A stretch of DNA of 64,000 nucleotides from Fistulifera solaris (taxonomy: Eukaryota), in the NCBI GenBank assembly GCA_030295235.1, contig AP026167.1:310001-374000 (forward strand), given 5' to 3'. The translations under genes and the position numbers were made by a program. Shown here piece by piece: positions 39,362 through 49,080 of this stretch (the stretch's first letter is position 1; each line of letters begins with the position of its first letter). The notes under the pieces are model-generated. The model saw only the letters and a program-made list of their open reading frames with translations, ran no database searches and was not told where the DNA came from.

Positions 39362-39997
39362 ATGGCGGAGGAAGATGATTTAGATGCCTTCTTCAATGAA
39401 GTTGAAGAAGCAACCGAACAAGTCGTCAAGGAGACGGAGAATAGTAAGGAAGTCGAACAACCACCGTCCAAGAAACCGAAAATTGTTCGTGGGGTGGTGG
39501 TAGCAGCAGCATCCGCAGCAACATCCAGTTTTGCAGTAAATCAGCCAATTGCTTCATCAACTCCTCCAGCGGCCGACCTTCCACCGCCTCCACCACCCGC
39601 TAAAGCTACTTTGTCGATCCCTCCGCCTCCACAAACCGGCCCTAAAAAGCCACACATTCGACAAGCGGCCGGAAAGATGTGGGAAGATCACAAATTGGCC
39701 GACTGGCCCGACAATGATTTTCGTCTATTTGTTGGAAATTTGGGAAATGAAGTGTCGGATGAAATGTTGTTAGAACACTTTCAAAAGTACACGAGCACAC
39801 AAAGGGCCGCGATCATTCGTGAACCGTCAGGGAAAAGCAGAGGCTATGGCTTTGTCTCCTTTTCGGATCCTTTGCAATTCGCAAAAGCACTGAGAGAAAT
39901 GGAACAAACGTGGTTGGGAGCGAGACCGATTCGAGTAAAGCGGAGTAATTGGAAAGAGCGAGAACTCAACAAACAAAAGAACAAGAGAAACAGATGA
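39362..39997 (+). CDS. RBM42: RNA-binding protein 42-like (single RRM)
   Basis: RQAAGKMWEDHKLADWPDNDFRLFVGNLGNEV, SRGYGFVSF, LGARPIRV. Confidence 0.88.
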   Translation: MAEEDDLDAFFNEVEEATEQVVKETENSKEVEQPPSKKPKIVRGVVVAAASAATSSFAVNQPIASSTPPAADLPPPPPPAKATLSIPPPPQTGPKKPHIRQAAGKMWEDHKLADWPDNDFRLFVGNLGNEVSDEMLLEHFQKYTSTQRAAIIREPSGKSRGYGFVSFSDPLQFAKALREMEQTWLGARPIRVKRSNWKERELNKQKNKRNR

Positions 39998-40120
39998 CAT
40001 TGCACATAGAGAAACAGTAAGGGCTTTGGAATTGTAGAGGGAAACAGTAGTCGCTGACATCAAATGAATACCCATTAATTCATTACTATTTTAAGTTACT
40101 CAAACAAAGGTACTATTCGT

Positions 40121-41296
40121 TCACAAACGCTCCAAGCTCTCAAGAAACCCTCGCAGCCTTCGTATGTATTCCGCCAATTTCCCCGGCCCATCGGTAATAT
40201 CGTTGTGCCCCCGGTCTGCTACCCACCACGGATCGCGTTTGTATTCGTCAGGAACCGCTTTGTGAAGATCTTGACCGTGACTAATCTCGACTTCTTGATC
40301 CAAATAACCATGAATGAGCATGCACGGACACCGGATCTTCTTGATCCGATCAATATTGGGATAAATATCCAAACAAGCCAAAAGACGACTGGGAGTTAAC
40401 ACACGCATGCCACTCGTAAACGGACTGTGCAATATCATTCCGCCGAGTGCTTTCTTTTGTTTCGCTACATTGGCTGCCAAGTAGCAACATGGTCCGCTTC
40501 CGACAGACTGTCCGTACAGGATTATTTTTTCCGTCCGTTGATTCACCACTTCTCGGCAAACATACTCATACACGGCATCAATGTCACGATAAGTGCTCGC
40601 TTCTTCAGGTACTCCTCCACTTTCACCGTACCCAGAGTAATCGTACACGAGTACATCGCAATCCAAACTATGAGCCATGACAATCTGCAGAGGAAACATG
40701 GCACCTATATCGGTAGCATTGCCGTGACTGTAAATGATGATACGAGTTCGTTCGGATCGGCGCGAAGGTGGCACCGAATACAAGACCGCGGCTACGTACA
40801 CTCCCCCAGGAGATGGAATTTTCAGAGCATGAATGGAGCCGTCTTCATGAGGCGGTACCTGCAATCGTGGATCTAACAAAAGTCGATATGATACCCCGGC
40901 TTTCTGATCACGTGAATCTCGAGCAATGCGCATCTTGGATCGTTTGCGACGCTCGACGGCTTGATCCGCAAGCTGCTCAAACGGCGATTTGATTTTTTCC
41001 TTGGTTTGTCCGTGAGTAGCTGGTGCCTCGAAGGGTCCCGAGCGGTCCGGACTTCTTATTTCTCCGACACTAGTATTTTCCTCATCGTTTTCTGCGTTTT
41101 CGTTCGTTTCCTCATCAAGAGGAGCTTCTTCATTGTGTCCTAAAACGCGGCCGCTTTTGTCGCGTCTTTCAAACTCGTACAATGCCGGCTCTGGTGGGAA
41201 GAAAGTCAGTGCTCCTGCAACACTTCCTTTATTACAACCAGATTGAACCCATAGGCAGAATAGCGCCGATATAGCGGAAGGACAACAACAACACAT
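40121..41296 (-). CDS. ABHD17: ABHD17-like alpha/beta hydrolase (putative depalmitoylase)
   Basis: N-terminal Cys cluster, FFPPEP, YSHGNATDIG, YDYSGYGES, YGQSVGSGP nucleophile elbow, D..V..SHG, GHND. Confidence 0.88.
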   Translation of the reverse strand: MCCCCPSAISALFCLWVQSGCNKGSVAGALTFFPPEPALYEFERRDKSGRVLGHNEEAPLDEETNENAENDEENTSVGEIRSPDRSGPFEAPATHGQTKEKIKSPFEQLADQAVERRKRSKMRIARDSRDQKAGVSYRLLLDPRLQVPPHEDGSIHALKIPSPGGVYVAAVLYSVPPSRRSERTRIIIYSHGNATDIGAMFPLQIVMAHSLDCDVLVYDYSGYGESGGVPEEASTYRDIDAVYEYVCREVVNQRTEKIILYGQSVGSGPCCYLAANVAKQKKALGGMILHSPFTSGMRVLTPSRLLACLDIYPNIDRIKKIRCPCMLIHGYLDQEVEISHGQDLHKAVPDEYKRDPWWVADRGHNDITDGPGKLAEYIRRLRGFLESLERL

Positions 41297-41742
41297 GGAC
41301 GGGCAATCGAATCGGAAGGTTTTATTGCGTGATAAACGAGGGGTGGTTTGTGTGTGCCTGTATTAGCTCGTTGTATTCGGGGAGCAATTTATAGCTTTCC
41401 TGACGTGAATTGATGTTTTCTTGTTATACACAGTACAAAGTGTGGATGGATCACAAGCACCGCAGCATGATACAAAAATGAAATGTCGGCAGGTCCTCGT
41501 TGCACATGACTTCATCGTCTCTCTCACATGTCGCGCGCAACAAACACGGCCAAAGCAAAGACTTTTGTGTCTTGTGTGTTCTCCGGGACGATCTGCTGGC
41601 GTGCCACCGATAAGCCCACTCTGCAACGGATAGATTTGTTTAATCGATTTGGGTAACGCATAGCAAGTGGGAGAAGGGCTCGCGTGCTATCTTACCATTT
41701 TTCAAAGATTGTGAAGTTAGAACAAACCTCGTAACTAACGTT

Positions 41743-41824
41743 GACGACGTGGCCGAGTGGCTAAGGCGGTAGATTGCTAATCTACTTTCCTCTGGAAGCG
41801 CAGGTTCGAATCCTGCCGTCGTCG
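41743..41824 (+). tRNA. tRNA-Ser (anticodon GCT)
   Basis: Acceptor stem GACGACG/CGTCGTC plus G discriminator; D-arm TGGCCGAGTGG; anticodon arm GTAGA-TTGCTAA-TCTAC; long variable arm; T-loop GGTTCGAATCC. Confidence 0.97.
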
Positions 41825-42037
41825 TTCTTTGTGTGATATCGGCATTTCGATTGCGTTGTGACAATTTTGGGCATAAGACCCGCAACAACAGGTGTGGGTT
41901 TACGCTTGACGCTTTTTCCTTCGTGATTCGTGATGCTTTTGTTGACGTGAGAACTTTCTTGCTGCTTGCTGTGATCCACCACATCAAAACTGATCACGAG
42001 TGTTCACAACAATTCTTTTATGCATAGCAGACTGGTT

Positions 42038-43159
42038 ATGCCGAAAAGCCCCACATTGTATCGATTAGCCGCGGATCGGCAATACCATAAGATCCCTTTG
42101 CGATTGCAAACCAACCCCGAGGATTTACTTTGGACAGATCGTTACGGTTCGACGGCGCTTCATATTCTGTGTCAAGTTCGCAATGTCGACAAGGGTCTTC
42201 TAGCGGCAGTGGATGCAATTTTAGAAAAAGCACCTGAGCAGGTATCGTGGGCGAATATAGCGAGCTGGACTCCTTTGCATTTCGCGGTCGAAAAACCGTT
42301 GGTGTGGAGAAGTAGTGATACGTACTCGACGGCGCTCATTCTCCGATTAATACGAGCGTGTCCCGCGGCTGTGAGTCAGCGAACGAAGGGAGGTTTTAAA
42401 ACCAAAACACCATTCCATATTGCTTGCGAAGCGGCTGCGGACTACAAAGTTCTCAAGGCCATGTTGACGATCAATCCATCATTAGCGACAGAACCCTACT
42501 CGAAACGAGATGCTTACTCATTGATCGAAAATCCCATTCAAGCGTTATGGAAAGCTCATCTGCATTTGAGTCAGTCCGGCTTCAGTGGAAGTAGTATGCA
42601 TCAAGCAGAAAAGAAAATGGCGCTGTTATTGCAGGCGGCACATTGTGGCACCGTTACATTTGCCAACAAAGAACGATCTTTTCGTATCCTGAACGCGGTG
42701 TGTGCCGTCAGGTGTCCTCGTGATTATTTTGCAAGGATTTTGAATGACCATGTGGACGATGTTCGATTGCCGGATGAAAAGGGGCTTCATGCCTTGCATT
42801 ACGCGGTGAGGAGCGTTTCTGCTGATTCACAATCCTACACGGAGTTTGTTCTAGAGGCTCTGTTAAGTGTGTTTCCTCAAGCGGCAGCGCTGCGTGACGA
42901 TGTCGGAAGGTTGCCCTTACATGTTGCTATATCCTCGACATTCCTGCAGTGGCATAGAGGCGGATTGCGCGAACTGACGCTAGCACACACTGATGCCTTG
43001 CGCACCCCAGACCCCGAAAGTGGTCTTGTCCCTTTTCTTGGCTCGGCCGAGGGGGCCAAAAAAAGTCGGATGCACTTATCGACTACCTATGAGCTTTTAC
43101 GAGCGGCTCCCGATGTTACCCTCATGTTGCACTCCGACACGGAAACGGTTGCAGCATGA
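42038..43159 (+). CDS. Ankyrin-repeat-like protein
   Basis: Repeated G.TALH / WTPLH / TPFH / GLHALH / GRLPLH motifs; C-terminal GLVPF...LSTTYELLRAAP. Confidence 0.8.
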   Translation: MPKSPTLYRLAADRQYHKIPLRLQTNPEDLLWTDRYGSTALHILCQVRNVDKGLLAAVDAILEKAPEQVSWANIASWTPLHFAVEKPLVWRSSDTYSTALILRLIRACPAAVSQRTKGGFKTKTPFHIACEAAADYKVLKAMLTINPSLATEPYSKRDAYSLIENPIQALWKAHLHLSQSGFSGSSMHQAEKKMALLLQAAHCGTVTFANKERSFRILNAVCAVRCPRDYFARILNDHVDDVRLPDEKGLHALHYAVRSVSADSQSYTEFVLEALLSVFPQAAALRDDVGRLPLHVAISSTFLQWHRGGLRELTLAHTDALRTPDPESGLVPFLGSAEGAKKSRMHLSTTYELLRAAPDVTLMLHSDTETVAA

Positions 43160-43598
43160 AGTCGTACATAGTTTAAAATTATTTGTGATGAATAGAGATA
43201 GATGTGTTATGATTACAGCACTAATTCCTTGTAGGTGGGATCGATTGTCAAATTGTAGCGAGCAATCATTCATTTACGACCCCCTTTTCGATTGCGTTTA
43301 TGTTCTTTGTGTAAGCGTTTGTTACATATTTTACACCAAAGTTTCGAGGTTTGTTTTTGGCCTAGACTACAGTATGGAAAGGCGAAAACGAAAAGGCTTT
43401 AGCGTTGCGTATTGCACAGCAACACCAGGGAGCTTGGCGGAAACTGCTCACTCCGAGCGGTTTCAGAATTTCGACCTTGTATGTCGTACCGTTATACACC
43501 CAATTAAAAAGGAACTTCTTTTCGGCGATAATTGTTTACTCTCAGCGCGCGGAACGGTTATATTACTTAGCAGTTGAAACGTGTTAAAAGTTTATTAG

Positions 43599-43720
43599 CT
43601 AGAGAGAGAAATCTCTCTATAGAGAGAGAAATCTCGCTTTAGAGAGATTTTTCTCACTATAGCGAGAGAAATCTCTCTATAGAGAGATTTTTCTCTCTAT
43701 AGCGAGAAAAAATCTCTCTT
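43599..43720. repeat. Left array: six 20-bp quasi-palindromic units in mixed orientation
   Basis: Units at 43601, 43621, 43641 (reversed), 43661, 43681 (reversed) and 43701; consensus AGAGAGAGAAATCTCTCTAT. Confidence 0.95.
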
Positions 43721-43889
43721 CTCGAAATGCACGTGTGTCCAAATAAATATTTCAATTAAGGTTAAACTTGATCCGTCAATTCATTTTTCTCCAATCAAGA
43801 ATCATCCAATGAACAAACACAAAAACAAAAAAGACTTCGGAGTTGTACACACTCTTCTATTTAATGAACTACAATTCGTCCTCGAATAT

Positions 43890-45062
43890 CTACTCATCAA
43901 TCAACCTCTTCAACAGGCTCATCGGGCTGAGCTTTGGAAAGACGAATAGCACGTTTGCAGGCCGAGTGCCATTCTTGGCTCTGTGTGCTGGTTTACGACG
44001 ATCCAATTTCAACTTCACTTTTGTTTTTACTGTTACAGGCCCGCTTTTGATCCGTGGCTCATCTTGGACAAAGTTTGTCGTCTCCATGCTGACTGAAGAG
44101 TCTGGCGAGTTTCCGCGGTCTGGGGCTGCTTCGTTTTCCATCAGCAATAATGTGCCGCTATTCTCAACAAGCCCGTCATCGTCTACTGGGGCCATTTCAA
44201 GCTGAAGCATCCGATTGCTTGCCCGTTCAAACTGTTGCATGTCATGATCCACTGCGCTCTCGAGCCGCAAGATGGCCTGTTGTTCGTCAGCGAGCTGTGA
44301 CTGCAGAAGCCGTAATCGTTCACTAATCCAGCCTTGTTTAATCTCCAGTGCATCTCGGTTGCATCTCAGTTCATTGAAACGCGTGCTAGAAACATTCCAC
44401 TCATACTCGTCCAACATGGCTTTCTCTTCAAGCTTCAGGACCGCATGCTGTTGTCCAGCCGCATGTGCATGAAGCTGCTGCAGTTTTTCCCGGCCTTGTT
44501 TCAGCTGCATCTCTAATCCTTTCAGTCGCTCATTCTGCTCAAGAACTCGATTCTTTTGATTGTGAAGCTCGCGTTCATTGTAGTTGACGCTGTCTTCGAG
44601 GAGCAACACTGCACCTTGCTTGTCAGTCAGCTGTGCATTGAGAAGCTGCAATTCGCCTTGTTTGTTTGCTTTCTTGATTTCAAGAGCATTGACATCTTCA
44701 GTCAACACACGAAGGTGCTCGGCTTTTTCTCGCTTCTTCTGGTTGCTGAGAGTAACAAGTCGCTCGAGCAACATTTTCTCTTGCTCTTTCACTCGAATCT
44801 GTTCTTCTGACGGCTTGAAGATGCGCTTGATCTAGACGGAGGCTTTCCGTGGATTCAACGGAATATTGCTCGAGCTTGATACGGTCGTGCTCAACCTGCT
44901 GAAGGCTTTTCAGAATCTGATCGCGTTTGAGATGGACATCTTTGTCTTGGCACTGAACTTCTTCCAGTTTTGTGAACAAGCCCGACTTTGCCTGCTCCTG
45001 TTGTTTGAGGAGATGCCGTGGTGGTCATCTTCTTCCTTAAGGTCCTGTGTGTTGCTTGCCAT
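43890..45062 (-). CDS. Long coiled-coil protein inside the element (apparent frameshifts near 45010 and 44808)
   Basis: L/Q/E-rich heptad pattern across ORFs 44910-45161, 44698-44979 and 43890-44792; likely ATG at 45062 (MASNTQ). Confidence 0.55.
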
Positions 45063-45181
45063 GCTTGCCGCTAGCGTCAAGAGTAGAAGGCGGATCAATT
45101 CGCTTGTATGATCGAATTGATGCTCGATGATAGTATGATAAATCTGTAGTAACATAGACAAGTCAAAATTGAAGAATTAGC

Positions 45182-46589
45182 TTAGTTGGTAGACATAGTA
45201 TCATCGCTGCTGTCGTCGTCTGAGTTACCTTCTTCGTCACTCAATTCCAAGTCTAATTCTTGCTCACGTTCCGCGTTCGACTTCAAAGTTTCTTCGGCAA
45301 AGAGCGCTTCTTGTTCACCCAACAACTGGCCAGTAGTTTCTTCTCCGCCCGACTTGCGTGACGCCGGCGCTTCTTTTGCTTCGGGTCTTTGCTAGTGTTA
45401 TGGATTTTCATCATACGCTTCATCCGCTCTGCCAATTCATCTAGCTTATCCTTTTTAGCAGGAGTTGAAGTTTTCTCAAAAGAGTCATCAATCTGCACTT
45501 GCCACATCACGTAGATAACGGTCCACTTCATCTTCTTGAACTTGGTAGGCAACACGTGCTGAATCGCCGTCAGCTCGCTTCCATGGATCTTACTCTGCCC
45601 ATCTGAGGAACCGAAACGATCATCAAACACACAGCACTTGTGATTCAAATTGAGCTGGACGGTGCGAGTTTGAAGTACGGGGGTTTCAAGCTTTGTGGCA
45701 AAGGTCTGTGTCATCGCCATAGCCTCGTCCGAAGTACATGTCGGTCGCTTGCCCATACTTGTCCTCGTCCCGTTCAACGTCGGCCATGATATCAGGATTC
45801 ATGTAGAAATATGCCGGTGCCGTCGGAATGGTAAGGCTAATGCTCATACCATCCGGTGCCAGCCGTGCAGAATACTTCCCAATGTCGTTTGGATCGAGAA
45901 CAGGCAAGCGCCAAATCAAACGCTTTCGCAACCCCCTTCTTCCGAGTCATGTGCACAAACGGAGTAGCTATCCCGAGGATGCTTTCCGGATACAAGCGGT
46001 TTTGGAACACATCGACCTCAATCTCAACTACGTCGTCAAAAAGCAATGACGCCATGTTCTCAGTCGCCTTTGCAAATGATCGAGGCAACGAGCTTGTTTT
46101 TCTGCAGCGCAGGTGAAGACTCCAATGCAATCAAAGTGTCTTGATCACTGGAGGAGGATGAAGACTGGCTTGAGGGACTGTCTGGACTGGTGTCTGAATT
46201 GTCTCGATCTGTAGAAGGGCGGATACCAGCTTTCTCTAGCACTGACTGGTAATCTTCAATCGAAAGTAATCTCCACTTGGCGTGAATGTGTTAGAAGGAG
46301 CTTTGAAAACAAGAAGAATAGTAGGAAACCATACCTTTTGAATTTTGTTTTCCACTTGGCGTTTCCTCTTTTCGTCTACGCCGTAAAGTCGACTCTTGGA
46401 CTTGATGAGATTTCCCAACTTGAAGCGGGGCTCTCGGCTCAAATCTTTCGTAAAGCCTCCGGCTTGTTCGATGTCGCGAAGAAGCTCGTTGAGTATTGGC
46501 TCTGGAAGTCCGTCCGATCTAGAACGAAGAGAGAGAGCGCTGGCTTGTTTTGTTGATGCAGATCTAGTTGCAGAGGATGATTTCTTCAT
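45182..46589 (-). CDS. Unknown element-associated protein (intron 46276-46334; about four apparent frameshifts)
   Basis: Splicing gives ...LLRDIEQAGG..LYG..RKRQVENKIQK|WRLLSIEDYQSVLEKAGI, then a Ser-rich linker, a beta-rich region (ORFs 45837-46130, 45686-45931, 45283-45777) and an acidic tail ending at TAA 45182. Confidence 0.55.
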
Positions 46590-47151
46590 CTCCGCAAAAA
46601 TAATGCGTTCTGAGTTCTGAATCTGGTTGATCTGGGCCTCTTTTGGACAACGATGTACGATGTATCATGTATCCTTGATGTTCAGGGTTTTCTGTTCTCT
46701 CAAACTTCGCAAGTCGCAAGAATCCTAAAAACGTCCGCTTTATTTTAATTTTGTATTGCCCTAATGCCTAGTTGCGTAAGAACAGAAGCCGCTATCGTAT
46801 GAAGTGTAGCAAATTCGTTTTCTAGATATGCCAGGTTCCTAATATATCGAGTTACTGTTTCATCCTAAATCACGAATTCCTAAATGAGTGTCTTGGGGCA
46901 ATAATAATTGCTCGGTAAAAAGTGACAAACGACAACGACAAAACACAAAACACACGTTGATCAAAAACCAAAAACATTATCATTGTTTAAGTTTCCTTCA
47001 AGCAACTTTCACTTTTCAGCTTTTGTTGCATTGATTCTGATGATTCTGATCGAAGAAACTTTGAAGGCTGACAATCTGTGTGACTAAATCAACAAAACCT
47101 ACCCGGGGCCCGCTTTGCTTCTTGTTCTTTCAACGCTCTTTTCTGGCTACA

Positions 47152-48173
47152 ATGGCCTTTCTCTTTACACCCAAGGAGATGATGGTGAAAGGCCTTCTCT
47201 TGATACCCAGCTATGATGTCAGTCGCATTAAAAAGCTCTGTCAAAACACCAAGCTGAAAGACTTTAAGCATTGGTATGGAGCAACGCCGGAAGTTAGCAG
47301 CGCAATTTGGAAAGATCTCCAAACGTGTGACAATGTCTCGAATCGAATCAATCCACGAAAGGTAAGTTCCTTGCACTCGATCACAATAAAAACACCATAC
47401 CTCTAAACCTTTACATGGATAGGCTCGTGTGGAATACTTTTTCATGTCTTTACATTTCTTGAGAAAGTATCCCACAGGTGAAGAACAAGCGAAGTTGTTC
47501 AACATCAATCGAGAGACGGTGTCGACTTGGACATGGTTCTTTCTCGAAAAGATCGCAGTCTTGGAGAGCCAGAAGATTGTTTGGCCGAAAGAGTGGGAAA
47601 AAGAGCGGTACGCTGCTGCAAGGAAGAAAGGGAAAGACCAGCAAGATGTCTATGCTGTTAGCTTCGGATGTTCGGTCGATGGAACTCATGGTCGTATCCA
47701 CGAACCGTCAGTGGGAGAGCCGCAGTCAAAGAACCCAATCTACTTCTCGCACAAATCTCATGGACCTGCCTTTGCTTACGAATTTGCAATAGATATTTTC
47801 CAAGATCGTCTTGTTTGGATGAATGGGCCTTTTCCTGCGTCTACCCCCGATAGAGAAATCTTCAAAAATGGTTTGATGAAAATGATACCCGATGGTATGC
47901 GTGTTGTGGCAGATAGCGGATACTCGGGAGAGAAATTGAAGCATATTATTAGTGGCCCAAATCCCCGTGACAGCAAAAAGTTGCGTAAATTCAAGTCGCG
48001 AGCAAGGTCGCGTCAGGAAGATTTCAATGCAGCGTCTCAAGAACTACAAGATTTGTGCCGAAACTTTTCGCCATGATCGATACCGTAAAAAGAGACACAA
48101 GGCATCGTGGACAGCTGTAGCTATTATATGCCAGTATCGAATTGAGCATGAAAAAACGTTTTGGAGTGTTTAA
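47152..48173 (+). CDS. DDE transposase, PIF/Harbinger/IS5-like (DDE_Tnp_4 type); intron 47362-47422; one indel near 48028
   Basis: HTH-like LHFLRKYPT..AKLFNINRETVSTWTW; catalytic SVDGTH, VVADSGY and RSRQEDFN; YFSHK, WMNGPFPA, FRH...H..AV. Confidence 0.88.
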
Positions 48174-48239
48174 AGAAAGATAGAAGAACTAAAGTTTTCA
48201 ATGCTGAACATTGAGCAAACCACTATTTATACATTGTAT

Positions 48240-48779
48240 CTACTTCTTAGATTTCTTACTCTTCTTCAACTTCTTTGATTTAAGATAAGCTATGAAGAGC
48301 TCGCGACGTTTCTCTTGCCCGATATGCTGGCGAAACGTACTGCGATCGAAAACTTGGTACGCCAAATTGCTCAGGTAAAGCTTCTTAAAACCCAACGATT
48401 CGTCAAGCTTGGCTCTCACATCACAACGAAGCAATCGTTGAGCTTCAGATCCATCCCAAACAGGCTTTCCACGCCTATCAATTACTTGCTTGGGGAACAC
48501 GGTACGATCCCGACGAAGAGCATCTTCGTCCGCGGCCGCAGAGGCATACAGTTCGAGATGCTCCTTCCGAAGTCTTTTGAGGTTGGGAGAGAAGTTCTTG
48601 AAAGCAAACTGCTGAAAAAGTTCCCGCCGATCAGAAAGATTGTAGACCTCTTCCGCTGACATTTTGGTTGAGTCAATAGGCACGTGGCCGCTCACAAGAT
48701 CATTGACAAGCTGCTTCTTCGCTTTGGACTTTATCCAGAGGTTTCCTTCCTTATCCTTTGGTCCCTCCCTTTTGGCCAT
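48240..48779 (-). CDS. Small basic protein with an internally duplicated domain, convergent with the transposase
   Basis: Intact 179-aa ORF with two copies of W-x2-S-x-A-x2-L...D...Y...(F/Y)QxF-x4-F and a Lys-rich C-terminus. Confidence 0.7.
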   Translation of the reverse strand: MAKREGPKDKEGNLWIKSKAKKQLVNDLVSGHVPIDSTKMSAEEVYNLSDRRELFQQFAFKNFSPNLKRLRKEHLELYASAAADEDALRRDRTVFPKQVIDRRGKPVWDGSEAQRLLRCDVRAKLDESLGFKKLYLSNLAYQVFDRSTFRQHIGQEKRRELFIAYLKSKKLKKSKKSKK

Positions 48780-49000
48780 TTTTCGATGCAGACCTTTTAA
48801 AAGAAATTCCGGCTGATATCAAATTACTCTTTGTTGAATGGAAACAATCTTCTTATTTCAATGGACTTGTCAAGAAGAACAAATACGGAGTATAATGTGT
48901 TTTGAGTGCGACGAGTTTTCGTCGAGTTCGTTAAACATTGAAAAGCCTTAATTAAAAAGCGTCATATTTTCTGTTGAGGTTCGTGGCGTACTCATTTGCG

Positions 49001-49080
49001 CTAGAGAGAGAAATCTCACTTTAGAGAGAGAAATCTCTCTATAGAGAGAAATCTCACTATAGAGAGAGAAATCTCTCTAT
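49001..49080. repeat. Right array: four units of the same 20-bp quasi-palindrome, all in forward orientation
   Basis: Units at 49003, 49023, 49043 (18 bp) and 49061. Confidence 0.95.

Larger units (their letters stand above)
43599..49080. mobile_element. Candidate multi-gene DNA transposon of the PIF/Harbinger-ISL2EU (IS5-related) group; exact termini unresolved
   Basis: A DDE transposase gene plus three unassigned ORFs, enclosed by two arrays of the same 20-bp unit that I did not find elsewhere in the window. Confidence 0.75.

Noticed and set aside
41743..43599. tRNA-targeted insertion of the transposon
   Set aside because: The element lies about 1.8 kb from the tRNA with a host gene in between, and no tRNA fragment is duplicated.
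43599..43720. Regularly spaced palindromic repeats as a CRISPR array (also 49001-49080)
   Set aside because: The units are contiguous with no unique spacers, there are no cas-like ORFs, and the context is eukaryotic.
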